From NCBI RefSeq assembly GCF_963921235.1, contig NC_086108.1, positions 73,906,001 to 73,970,000 of the forward strand: a stretch of 64,000 nt of DNA. Reading direction: 5' to 3'. This stretch comes from Mobula hypostoma. Lineage: Eukaryota. Positions within the stretch are counted from its first letter, which is position 1. Each line of letters begins with the position of its first letter. Under the pieces are notes generated by a model that was not told the DNA's origin, did no database searches, and worked only from the letters and a program-made list of their open reading frames with translations. Made by a program: the position numbers and the translations under genes. Positions 50,108 to 62,609 of the stretch are shown here, piece after piece.

Positions 50108-51323
50108 CAGGGGTCCCCAACCTTTTTGCACTGCGGACCGGTTTCATATTGACAATATTCTTGCAGACCGGCCGACCGGCGGGGGGGGGGGGGGGGGGGT
50201 AGGGTTGCCAACGGACAAGAGTAGCCGTCAAATACGTTGTTTACCCCAAGAGACGACAAGGACCATGAAGCCTTGCGCCGGCACCAGTACGCATGCGTGA
50301 TTTGTGCATGCATGTACGTGCCGATTTTTTCTACAAATCGTTTTTGGCGATTCTGTTCGGGGGGGGTGTTAATCACGACCAGAATATAGGTGATAAGTGG
50401 CTAATACACTCAATTTCGTTTCTAAAAGGGTTTATCTAACAAATTTAATATTAAACACACAGCGCACATTTTCCTCGCATGAATACAGTGATAAGTCAAT
50501 TATCAGGGGAGGACAGGGGAGCTTGAAGTAAGTATTGAACGAACTTCCAGTAGAAGTGGTAGAAGCAGGTTCGATATTATCATTTAAAGAAAAATTAGAT
50601 AGGTATATGGACAGGAAAGAAATGGAGGGTTATGGGCTGAGTGCAGGTCGGTGGGACTCGGTGAGAGTAGCGTTCGGCACGGACTAGAAGGATAGAGATG
50701 GCCTGTTTCCGTGCTGTAAATGTTATATGGTTATATAAGTAAGTCAATAGCATCATAACATTTTAAGTAACGTTTGGATATTAAACACACAGCACATATT
50801 TTCCCCGTATGAACATATAAAATCATTGCAACACACCAATATCGCTGAATCAGTGGGAGCCCTGGGCTTGCTTCCCCGCAACAAGACTGTGCCATCGAGG
50901 GGTTACGGGAGACAACGATACTCGTAGGGGGGTTCCTTAAGTCCAGTCTATTCCGCAATTTGGTTTTCGTTGCATTCATTGCAGAGATATGTTGGAAATG
51001 GAAGCAACGTTTTCAGTGCTTTCTTGGCTAACTCAGGATATTTAGCCTTGACTTTGATCCAGAATGCCGGCAGAGATGTTATGTCAAACATACTTTTCAG
51101 CCCGCCGTCATTTGCAAGCTCGAGGAGTTGATCTTCTTCCCGCGCTGACATGGATGACGCGCGGGTAATGACCTCGCATGCGTAATGGCTCAATAATGCG
51201 TGACAAGGAATGAGGAAAGGTGCAGCTGACTCCTATCGCCAAATCATATCGTTTCCTCGCGGCCCAGTAGCGCATGCTTTGCGGCCCAGTACCGGTCCAC
51301 GGCCCGGTGGTTGGGGACCGCTG
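50108..51323 (-). mobile_element. Non-autonomous hAT (Charlie/Buster-like) with transposase C-terminal remnant
   Basis: TIRs CAGGGGTCCCCAA / TTGGGGACCGCTG, perfect 8-bp TSD ctctaatg. FWIKVKAKYPELAKKALKTLLPFPTYLC and KTKLRNRLD. Confidence 0.95.
50515..50740 (+). mobile_element. CR1 3' end inside the hAT element
   Basis: gaacttccagtagaagtggtagaagcagg...ggcctgtttccgtgctgta...ttatatggttata, flanked by taagtcaat repeats. Confidence 0.8.
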
Positions 51324-52150
51324 CTCTAATGTACACTAACATGCACTAAGCATTAAATACCAAACAAAAATTTTAAAATTGCTTAAATTGCTAAAGTTAT
51401 TGCAGCACATCACATTAAATTAAATTATTTAATTTCCACTTTGTTAAGTTCCCAACCATAGTATCTATTTGCAACTAATTTTGTAACAGCTTTATGAAAC
51501 TACTCTGTGCATCAGCAGGTCATTTTTCTTTAGTATTTTTTCAAGCCATACCCAAACTATGTATTCATTTCATTTTCTATTTTTTTTAAAGTGGGACTTG
51601 CTTTTTAGCAATAAATTTCAACCAATTATCTTTTCTAGTGTCGGAGCAGTTCTCATGTTTCCCAATGCACTGCATTCTTAAAGATTCAGTGTGATGATTA
51701 TGATAACCTGCAAAGAAATAAGAATCATTTCAGTTAGCTGTAGATCAGTATACTGTAAAAATGAAAAACCTGAAGTGAAGTTTAATGCAAATTATTCTTT
51801 CCCCACAGAAGTCTGCATTAATCCCACTCATCACTTAGCAGAAAATGCATGCTGGTCAGTTCCTCCTATATCAAGGCACTGTACTAAAAAATTACCAAGA
51901 AACTCAAGCTACTGAGAAAACTCTGCAAGATTTTTTTCACACTCACATTTATATATTTGGCACCTTCCCACAATGATCGAGATTAAAATCTCATCTTGGA
52001 GAAAGCAACAAAAATAAGAGCCTGCGTAGATAATTCAACTCCCCAAAATTGTTCATGTTTACTTGTAGTAACTCTGTTGAATTATTTATAACTTGTATTG
52101 CTTTTTTTAAAATACAGAAGAGCAAATTTGAAATGATGCACCATACTTAG

Positions 52151-52790
52151 AGTCCGTCTAGGTACCATATCCGATGCGGACTTAGGTGACCATGGTTTTC
52201 CATATAGATCTATCCTTAATTTTTTGGATGACTTCCATTTCCTCGATATGTAGCCACCTGGCTATGCTTTTGATGTACCTCTAGGTTTAGTCTCCTCAAT
52301 CTTTCCAGAGAGATGAACTAGAAAAACTCATACTCTCATCTTTCCTAGGAATCTGAGTTGTCTTTCTCTTATTGTTGGTATGAGTCATCAAACTGCTTGG
52401 GCTCTTCTGAGAACTTCTTCATTTGATGTGTGTGTGGTCCATGATATTTTTAACATTCTCCTGTAGAACCATAATTCAGCTGCTTCTATTCTCTTTTCCA
52501 TTGCTAGAGAAATGGTCCAGCATTCACTTCCATAAGTCAGGATAGAATAAATGTAGCACTGCAGTATTCTGTTTTTAGTGTACATGCTCATCTTTCTGTC
52601 TGTTAATACGGACTTCATTTTTTGGAAAGCTTCTTTCGCCATTGTTATTCTGTATTTGAAATCTGCTTCACACCTGCCATTACTTGTTATTTAGAGTGCT
52701 TTTTCAAAATAGATCAAAAATATCCTTAGATCTTTCTTCATCCTTAGTTCTGTTTCCCTCAGTAATTTCAAGATTCTACAACATTCAATA
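52151..52790 (-). mobile_element. RTE-clade LINE 3' fragment
   Basis: MAKEAFQKM..YIYSILTYGSECWTI..AAELWFYRRMLKISWT..SNEEVLRR. Confidence 0.88.
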
Positions 52791-54689
52791 AAAAGAGTGG
52801 CAAAACATAAATTACAAATGATGTTGTAAATCTTATTGACCAAAGCACTGTAAGCAATGACTTGAATTTAATCACATCTATTCTTAACTGAGTTTTCAAA
52901 TTTTTAGGCAACCCTAATAACACTCAACTCCAGAAACTACTATATTGTTGATTTTAATTCAACAATGCAGTTACTTAAACTTTTAACCGTCTGAACAAAA
53001 TTTTGCAACAAATGACATTTTTGCTTGCAAAACAAAAGGTTTAATTTATTTGAACCTTCTCTATCGGCCAACTCTAAAACCGAAAACAGAAGCGGATAGG
53101 GAAACATTTACAAAACAGTGAAATGAATTTGGGTATTTTGGAAAGTAAAACCAGCAGAATGCAGAACACCTTGGTATAAAATACCTTGATTAAAGTGAAA
53201 GACATCAAAAATACTTTGAGGACTATTCATAACATGCAACATAAATACACCAAATTATAATTTTTCCAAGAATGTGTGCTGCATTCAATTAAAGAAATGC
53301 TCCACATCAAGGAAATGCAATGTCTTCACCCGTGTCTTTTTGTGACCACATCGGTACACTCAAGTATACAAAGGGAAGAATGATGGTTACGAAAATCATT
53401 GTTAAAGTAAATCACTTTGGAAACCTGATTCAAAGACCAACTACCCAAGAGTTTCCACATCAAGGATAAAGCAATCAAAGTACTTAATCTTTACTTTCTT
53501 TGAAGAGGGTTAAATACAAGCAAATACATGTCTCACAAATTGATATATGCATTTCCAATAAGACTATCACAAATATAATTAATTGATTTGCTTTGTGCAA
53601 TTTTCAATTTCATGATATCTTATCTTGATCAATTTTCACTGTCTCTGTCATTAAATTTCATCAGCAATGCAGAGTTAATAAATTCTGGAGTTTATACCAC
53701 AATGTGATGAGAAATATATCTTTCTTTGAAAGAAATCAAAGCATTCATCTCCAATGAATTACAAAATTCCATTAACAATATAAATAAACAATTTCAATTT
53801 ACATCATACATTCCTTGCTCTCATAATTCTGTTGGAAACATTACAAGACTATTAACTTAATAACCTATCAATATTCTTTGTCAGAAACTCTCCTTGAACT
53901 TACAACCTATGAACGTAAACACTGTTAACAAAATAAGAATGATCATTTTCTTTCTGCCCTTTTATGGAAAGAAGTGAACCAATTGATTCCATAATGGATA
54001 ACTGGCAACTTGAATGTCATCAGCATCCCACTTTACTGAATCTGGCAGGATCCTATTCTTCAACATAATTCTTCCCGCCCACACCCCACACACAGATCTT
54101 TTATTTTGCCATGTGTACATTCATCTGAGTCACTATGGCTGACCACCAGATAGGCACATTGCATTTGCTGTAATGTAGATTGAGCCTCAAGACATCACAA
54201 AGAGTTACAGCAGATTCTTACTAAAAAGTGATCAAGCAGAGCAAGCAACTTCATAAATAAACGTCTGTACACTTTTTTTTCAGGGAGAGAAACACAGTTG
54301 CTCGTACTGATGTTATTCAAACCAGGTTTTTTGGCATGGAGTTTGGAGAAAATTTATTGGCAAAAAAATTCAGATTACAACGAACCAAATAAGACAATTG
54401 CATCAATTTTCAGGCACTTGGATAGGTGTATGGGGGGGAGGGGCTTGGAGGATAATTGATTAGCAGGAAGGATGCTGTGGTCAACAGGGACCAGTTAGGC
54501 CTTAGGGCCTCTTTCCATGTTACATTACTGTTGGACTATGACTTTCATACATCAAAACAATGCAGTGAAATCAGCTGTTCTTGTAATATTTGACATTTTT
54601 ATAGAGGGCGCTAATTGCTGAGAAGGTGAGTAGCTTAAGTCTAAATGGGACAAAATGAATGTATCCATTCACTCATTAGGAGGAGCTTA

Positions 54690-55520
54690 GGAGGATTAAT
54701 GGCACCTAATGGCAACTCCTTTGCTTGCGTCTTCGGAAACAACTCTATTTCCACCTTTAATATCTCTATTTTTCCCTTTCAGGGTTCCTTCGAAGACCCT
54801 GACCTGGAGTTACACACTGACTACGGTTCTTTGCGGGAATAGGACAAGCTCTAAGGGTTTCATAAATGGCCGTTGTTTGGCATGCTAAGAGCTCAGCCTA
54901 ACAGCTCAGCTCACCTTCAGAGGACCAAGATCTTGTGGCTCTGGAGACAGGCAGATCGAAGGTCGGTGTCACGGCAGGAAATCAGTGTGTCAGCGGGGAA
55001 GTCAGAAGATCTACAGCTACGTGCCCAGAGATCCGAGATCTTTGGGCACAAAGCTCAGAAAAAGTGACGCAATGGACTTTTAACACAGTAAACCAGCAAG
55101 CTGTTTGTTATGCCTAACCTCTTGCTGTGAAATGGAGCATCCGTTACTCCCTTATTGTGGTGGGGGGGGAGAGTGAGTGAGTGAGAGATAGAGAAAGAGA
55201 GAGAGACACACACACACAGTGGTATGTCGAATATCGGGTGAACAAGTAGTCTTTGGGGTAACTGCAAATCTGTATCCTTGCTCACACTTGATTGCTCGGT
55301 GGCAGGTGCCGATGCTTTTTTTTTGCTGGTGGGGGGAGGGGGATTATTGCTTGCTGCCAGAGGAAGGAGTGGAACTGGGAGGTAGTTTGGAGTTCTAACA
55401 TTTAACTGTCATTCATTCTTTGTGGGGCATTCCTCTGATTTTGTGAATGGTTGCGAAGAAAAAGCATTTTGGGATATATATTGTATACATTTCTCTGACA
55501 TTAAATGTACCTTTGAAACC
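54690..55520 (+). mobile_element. Non-autonomous LINE-derived element (Rex-like 3' end)
   Basis: 5' aatggcacc motif. 3' end gaagaaaaagcatttt..gatatatattgtatacatttctctgacattaaa resembles Rex-type tails. Confidence 0.5.
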
Positions 55521-56012
55521 TCCTTTTCTGCAACTTCCCAGGTAATAACACAGCCTTTGAACATTCAAGTCTTCAAACCATCACCAATTCTAAAATTACA
55601 TCAAAATCATGTGGAAATATTTCTTGAATACAAGACCACAGAACTGAAAGGGATCAGTCCATGGGCCTGTAACTGCTCATGGCATACATTAACAAATTCG
55701 AAGAAGAGACACAGTATAGCATATCTAAGTTTGCTGATGACACTAATCCGACTGGAAGAGCAAATTTTGCAAAGAGATAGATAGGTGAAGAGGGCAAGTG
55801 TCTAGCACAGGGGTAGGCAACCTACGGCCCACTGGCCAGATCCGGCCCGCGAAGGTATTTTGACCGGCCCATGAGCAAATATTACGCTTATCCAGCCCGT
55901 GAGCGATTTTTCCTTATTCTGAGTGTTTCACACGACCACACTGATGGACATGCATGGCGTCTTGTTGCACTGGCCCCAGGTTCCGTTTTGTTCCAAACCA
56001 AACACTGGTATA

Positions 56013-57666
56013 CAGGTGTCCCCTACATTTTGAACGTTCGCTTTACGAAACCTCACTGTTACGAAAGACCTACATTAGTTACCTGTTTTCGCAAACAGAA
56101 GGTGTTTTCACTGTTACAAAAAAAGGCAGTGCGCAAAAGAAATAGAGTGCAAGAAAAAGCAGCACGCCGCGCGCCCCGAGCAGCTGCTCTCCCCCAGATT
56201 CAGAACGGCATTCGTGCCGGCATTGCTTAAACACATGCCTGTGAGCAGCCGTTAGCAAGATGAGTTCTAAGGTATCGGAAAAGCTTGAAAGAGCTCATAA
56301 GGGTGTTGCACTTAGCATAAAATTAGACATAATTAAGCGTTTTGATCATGGTGAACGAAGTAAGGACAAAATAAGTTTGGCTTGTGGAAGTTGATGAAGA
56401 TGATGTTGAAAAGATTTTGGCATCCCATGACCAAGAACTGATAGATGAAGAACTGATGCAATTGGAAGAGGAAAGGATAACAATCAAAATCGAATGCAGT
56501 AGCGAAAGTGAAGTCATCCAGGAACTGAACGTGAAGCAACTGCGTGAGATTTTCGCTGCAATGATAAAGTACGACTTTAATTTTGAAAAGGGTCATCGGT
56601 TTAGGGGATATTTGCAGGATGGTTTGAGTGCTTACAAAGAACTGTATGATAGAAAAATGCGCGAGGCTAAGCAGTCAAACATACTGTCGTTCTTCAAGCC
56701 TTCCACATCAGCCACAGCAGACGACGAACCTCAACCTTCGACATCGAGGCGGGCAGTCATAGAAGAAGATGACCTGCCTGCCCTGATTGACGATGAGATG
56801 ACACCCCCATGTCCCACCACCCCAGTGGTCCCAACCCCCGGGCCGCGTACAGATACCGATTCGCGGAGAATGCATCGGTAGCTGGAAGGCATCCAGCACA
56901 TCTTTAAGAAAAAAGCGGAAATAAACTAGCTAATTAATTAGGTGCCACCCGGCACATAAATTTCGGCCCAGATCAGAGGCGATTGCCGATTGCGTCGCCT
57001 CTGATCTGGGCCGACATTTATGTGCCGGGCGGCATCTAATAAATTAGCTTGTTTATTTCAGCTTTTTTCTTAAAGATGTGCTGGGTGGATCCCGGCCACC
57101 GCTGGACCACTGCATTCTCCACGGATTGGTATCAGTTCGCTGCCCAGAGGGTGGGGACCACTGCACCACCCCAACCTCCGACTACTCAGCCTAACACGCC
57201 ATCATCAGTGTGCTCGATGCTGTCTTCCCGATTTCCGTAAGTGATACTATACTGTACATACATTATTTCTACTTTATATCGGCTGTGTATTTTTACGTGT
57301 TACTTGGTATGATTTGGCAGCTTCATAGCTTAAAAGTTACTGGCGAGCGCTTGCGCCGTGTTTCTGCCGAGAGCGCTTGCATGAGATTTTCGCTACAGAG
57401 AACAGTGCAGGCAATCGTTGTAGAGAAGTATTTCTAGTTTATATAGGCTGTGTATTTATCATATCATTCCTGCTTTTACGATATGTTACTGTTATTTTAG
57501 GTTTTATGTGCTATTTGGCATGAATTGGTAGGTTATTTTTGGGTCTGCAAAAGCTCACAAATTTTTCCCATATAAATAAATGGTAATTGCTTTTTCGCTT
57601 TACGACATTCCAGCTTATGAACCGTTTCATAGGAACGCTCTACCTTCGGATGGCAGGGGAAACCTG
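56013..57666 (+). mobile_element. Tigger-like transposon, internally deleted, nested in hAT
   Basis: TA-CAGGTGTCCCC...GGGGAAACCTG-TA. HTH start MSSKVSEK..SIKLDIIKRFDHGE (56260) and acidic C-terminus (ORF 56384-56881). No DDE domain. Confidence 0.9.
56823..57163. mobile_element. Palindromic hAT-type MITE (341 bp) nested in Tigger
   Basis: Ends CAGTGGTCCC / GGGACCACTG, perfect 8-bp TSD caccaccc (56815-56822, 57164-57171). Arms are complementary almost to the centre. Confidence 0.92.
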
Positions 57667-58358
57667 TATACGAATGACAGGAAGGTAGACTACCTTATTA
57701 ATATGTATTAGATACTCTCCGCGCACGCTCAAGTTTTCAGATAGGATCGTTCAAATTTGTAAACAGAAACAGCGTCACTGTGTTCTAACAAGAAATCCAG
57801 GCTAAATATTCAGATATTTACATGTGCTATGATACTTGTTGAATAACTCACGTTTCGAAATAAAACCAAAGAAAAAAAAATTCCAATGGCAATGAATGCA
57901 AAACCCAGGAAGGTAGACACTGATTGCTGGGATTTCTAAGACACTTGGACACCAGATTACTTCTTATTCGAGCAAGCTGGGAAACCAGTTTGTCTCATTT
58001 ACCGAGAAAATGTTGCTAAGAAGAAGGTGACAAATATCAGGCTCCATTATGAGACCCCCCATAGTGGAAATTTTAACAAGTTTACTGGGCAAGTGAGGAA
58101 ATATAAAGTTGAGCCAGTGAAGGCTAGTTTCGGAAAACAAACTTCATTTTTTGCCAAGAAAAGCAGTGAAAATGACGGAAATACCAGTTCGAGCTACGAA
58201 GTCTCAAAACGTATTGCAGAAAAGATGAAGCCTTTGTCAAAGAATGTTTACTGGCAGTGATGGATAGTGTTTGTCCTGAAAAGAAATCTTTAATTGCATC
58301 TCACATCAAAGTTGCTGGTGAACGCAGCAGGTCAGGCAGCATCTCTAGGAAGAGGTAC

Positions 58359-58394
58359 AGTCGACGTTTCCGGCCGAGACCCTTCGTCAGGACT
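58359..58394 (-). ncRNA. Minimal type I hammerhead ribozyme motif (Penelope type)
   Basis: Minus strand: agtc-CTGACGA-agggtctcggccg-GAAA-cgTC-gact, with stem I agtc/gact. Confidence 0.75.
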
Positions 58395-58628
58395 AACTGA
58401 AGAAAGAGCTGGTAAGAGATTTAAAAGTGGGAGGGGGAGATCCAAAATGATAGGAGAAGACAGGAGGGGGAAGGATGGAACCAAGAGCTGGACAGGTGAT
58501 TGGCAAAAGCGATATGAGAGGATCATGGGACAGGAGCTCCATCCCTCCCCCTCCTGTCTTCTCCTATCATTTTGGATCTCCCCCTCCCTCTCCCACTTCT
58601 AAATCTCTTACTAGCTCTTTCTTCAGTT

Positions 58629-58664
58629 AGTCCTGATGAAGGGTCTCGGCCTGAAACGTCAACT
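58629..58664 (+). ncRNA. Minimal type I hammerhead ribozyme motif (Penelope type)
   Basis: agtc-CTGATGA-agggtctcggcct-GAAA-cgTC-aact, with one stem I mismatch. Confidence 0.7.
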
Positions 58665-59567
58665 GTACCTCTTCCTAGAGATGCTGCCTGACCTGCTGCG
58701 TTCACCAGCAACTTTGATGTGTATTGCTTGAATTTCCAGCATCTGCAGAATTCCTCATGTTTGTGTCTTTAATTGCATCTATCAGCTTGACTTCTATAGA
58801 AAATATATTCATCCAAGTGACAAGTATCCTAGCTTAGTGCACCATTCAAAAAAGATGGCATCATTGTTCGGCAGCACTTATCTGTGTGAGCAATTATTTT
58901 CAAAAATGAAGCACACCAAGAACCATCGGAGAACAAGATTGACTGATGCCCATCTGGAATTGACTCTTGCTCGCGGCATCAACAAGTCTGACACCCAATA
59001 TTGAGAAGCTTTCAAGCAACAAACAGCATCAAGTTTCATATTGATTTATCAACTGTTTACATTAAAATTTTCTTTTTTATTATACTTAATTTACCACCAT
59101 TCAATGCATCATATTCATGTGTTTTATGTTTAAAGATTCTTTGTGTCCTTTTAGTAGATTCAAAACATGCCTTGATTGAAATAAATTGCAACTAAACTGA
59201 GTTCTCCGATTACTAATTGGCATCCCTGGTTAAGCACAAATGATTTTCTAGCATGCGTTATTCATTAACTTGAGGCAAAACATAACTAGATATATTTAAA
59301 AGGATAATTCCCATATTTCAAGTTTTCTATGGCATTTATCTGGCCGACCGTCTGCTCACTAATAACGCAAACCGGCCCACAGAGGCAAAAAGGTTGCCGA
59401 CCCCTGGTCTAGAATATGAAGTATGACGCTGGTAAATTCAAGGTCATCCACTTTGGAAGGAAAAATAAAAGATCAAACTATCACTTAAATGGTGAAAGAT
59501 TGCAGCATGCTGTTGTGCCGAGGGACTTGGAGTGTTTGTGCATGAATCACAAAAGATTGGTTTGCAG

Positions 59568-60118
59568 AATCAGAATCTGGTTTATTATCACCAACATATG
59601 ACGTGAAATTTGTTAACTTAGCAGCAGCAGTTCAATGCAATACATAATCTAACAGAAGAAAATACATATAATAATAAAATAAAAATAATAATAAACAAGT
59701 AAATCAATTACATATATTGAATAGATTTTAAAAACTTGCAAAAACAGAAATACGGTATTTTTTTTTTAAAGTGAGGTAGTGTCCAAGGGTTCAATGTCCA
59801 TTTAGGAATTGATGGCAGAGGGGAAGAAGCTGCTGCTGAATTGCTGAGTGTGCGCCTTCAGGCTTCTGGTAACAGTGAGAAAAGGGCATGCCCTGGGTGC
59901 TGGAGGTCCTTAATAATGGACTCTGCCTTTCTGAGACACCGCTCCCTGAAGATGTCCTGGGTACTTTGTAGGCTAGTACCCCCAAGATGGAGTTGATTAG
60001 ATTTTCAACCTTCTGCAGCTTCTTTCAGTCCTGTGCAGCAGCCAAGCAGTGATGCAGCCTGTCAGAATGCTCTCCACGGTACAACTATAGAAGTTTTTGA
60101 GTGTACTTGTTGACATGC
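59568..60118 (-). mobile_element. Rex1/Babar-type LINE 3' fragment inserted in CR1
   Basis: Reverse complement of 38810-39385 (MSTSTLKNFYSCTVESILTGCITAW); cagaat tail. Confidence 0.9.
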
Positions 60119-62609
60119 TACAGGTGCAACAGGTTATCAAGTCAACTAGAACACCATCCTTCATTACTAGAGGGATTAATTTTAAGAGCAGGGAGGTTAT
60201 GCTGCAACTGTGCAGGATACTGGTGCGGCCATACATGGAGTACTTCATGCAGTTATATTCTCCTTACTAAATGAAATATATACTGGCTTTGCAGGCAGTG
60301 CAGAAGAGGTTCTCCAGGTTAATACCAGATAGGAGGAATTTGCCAATGAATACAGATTAAGTCACCTGGGAATATACTTGCCAGAATTCAGAAGAATAAG
60401 AGGGCATCTTTTAGAAACATTAAATTATGAAATGAATAAACAAGATAGAAGCAGGAAAGTTATTTGTACTGGTGATACTAAGACTTGGAGACAGCCTCAA
60501 TATTCGGGGGAATAGATTTAGTATGCACAAGGAGAAACTACTTTTCCCCGAGAGTAAAAATCTGTCAAACTCTGTCCAGGGAAATAGTACAAGCTTCCTC
60601 ATTAAATATATTTAATGCATGTGGACATGGATTTTTGTCTAGCAGGGGAATTAAGTGTCTAGTGAAAAGGCGAGTAGATGGAACCGAGTCCACAGCAAAA
60701 TCAGCAATGATCTTACAAGGGAGGCTCAACGGGACAGACAGGGTACTCCTGCTCCTATGTCGTATGTTTTTATGTTGTAAAATCAGCATTTATGTTTCAA
60801 ACAATACTCCTAATAGAAGACAACACACTGTTGTTAGAAAATGTCCAGTTACCATTTTAAACTACTCAAATAAATTTGACGGAAAAAGTTTTCAGAATGT
60901 GATCCACAGAAGTCAAATACAATTACGTCTCAGTTAGTCATGTGCAGCATTGTGACGTAGTGTATTAAATTGCTCTGCCAACACTTGTTAAATAGTGCTG
61001 CCATTGTGATTCAATTTGCATTTGTAAAGAAAATATTCACTTCCTTGCAAACAGCTGTCCTATCTGCACTTTCGTTTACTGACAAATCAGTTCTTTGGCC
61101 AGCTGTTTTCATTGAAACGTTCTTTAGAAATGTTCCTCTAATAAAGTGTGCCTCTTACTCATTGTTCCCATTTGTAAGCAGTATTCATTAGAAGTAAATG
61201 TAACAGTTTTCATGAAGATAAACTTCAGGAAGATTTTATTTTTTTGTTTCCCATAGGAGTGATATCTAAAGATCTGCATTTTGTTCAGCTTGCAACATGT
61301 TGGCAACAAAAGCCCTACACATAAATGGGAACAATTTATATTTCATTATATCCAAAAGCCACAAAATAATGACACAAGCCCTCAAAGTCCATGCAACAGC
61401 TAACTGTCGTTACACGGTGTAAGGAAGTCATCATGGGCCAGCCGAACTACATTGCATCCCTTAGCTAATACATAAAAATTTACCATGTCATACTAGAGAA
61501 GTAGCAGATGGCTCTATATTACAATTAGAGATAGAGGAAAATTGCAAAGCCAAAGGGTTGAGTAGAAAAAACATTGCATTCCTGATGATATCCCAAATCT
61601 GAACAACAAAATATTTGTTTTGGTAGAAAAACAACAGCATACCATTAGAAACAAAAAAGAGAAATGTTAGAAAGACCTCAGATTAAGCACCTTTAAATTT
61701 AGCACTTCAAGCCTCTGTCCTTCCATTAGAAGCTCAAGATGAACTACTTGAATGCAAATGCAGAACCAGTAAATGACCAAAGAGGACAGGAAAAGGGTCA
61801 GGATACAGGGCCAAAATGATTAAATGATGTAATAAATAAGAGTACAAAGCCAAAAAGGATGATAATGAATCAATTACAAAAGTAAGAGGTGTATTCAGTA
61901 GCAGTATAATAATTATAGTCATAGTCATAGTCATACTTTTTTGATCCCAGGGGGAAATTGGTTTAAATGGCAGAAGCAGAACAACTGATGTGAAGGAGAG
62001 CATGGAAAACCTATCAAATACAACAGCAAGTTGATTTGGGATTGCTACAAAAGATACACGGCACAAACAGCCACAGACCATTCTGCAGGTAGTGCGTTAA
62101 GAGTTGAACCACAGGACAAGCAGCAGCCCAAATCACTTGGACTTGGACAACCCAAAGCACTCTCAATTTAGTTGTACCACACTACAAGTGACCAATTAAG
62201 CACCTCTGCACTGCCCTACTCTTCCTCCTTCAAGAACGATTCCCAAAGAAAATAGTCAGCTGCCTAAACTGATACTCCACCTGTCTTTTTTGTTGCAATC
62301 TTAATTTATTTCCTTCGATTACTCACTTAAAACTGCATTTATAATTAAACCCTAAATCAAACAAAATCATATTTATAATGATCCCACATCACTCACCAAA
62401 GAAACATTTCAAGTGATATAATATCTTGATATCTTGAGCAGATCATAGGTCCATGGATTTTAAGAAATGGGCTGACACTTCAGTGCAATATCAAGGGAAT
62501 ACTAGTCAGAACTGAGCACCTGTGAAGTATAATGTGAAAGCATAGCTCCATTTCTGATTTTTGGAATAAGAATAAAATGGGTCTATTGTATTAGGTGGCT
62601 GTTATCAAG

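Larger units (their letters stand above)
58302..58765. mobile_element. Young Penelope-type fold-back insertion
   Basis: About 190-bp near-perfect inverted arms. Perfect 15-bp TSD tctttaattgcatct (58287-58301, 58766-58780). Confidence 0.9.
55808..59406 (+). mobile_element. hAT transposon (Charlie/SPIN-like), internally deleted transposase about 57890-59020
   Basis: TIRs CAGGGGTAGGCAACCT / AGGTTGCCGACCCCTG, TSD gtctagca / gtctagaa. GKPVCLI..NIRLHYET and SLFGSTYLCEQLFSKMK..RTRLTDAHLE. Confidence 0.93.
55725..60772 (+). mobile_element. CR1 RT/3' region in three pieces (55725-55807, 59407-59567, 60119-60772)
   Basis: SKFADDT | KYDAGKFKVIHFGRKNKR..NGERLQHAVV | RGINFKSREVMLQL. Reads through after the inserts are removed. 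Confidence 0.85.

Noticed and set aside
56384..56881. Acidic 165-aa ORF as a domesticated TIGD/CENP-B-like gene
   Set aside because: It is out of frame with the HTH start, lacks the DDE domain, lies between TIRs and runs into a MITE.
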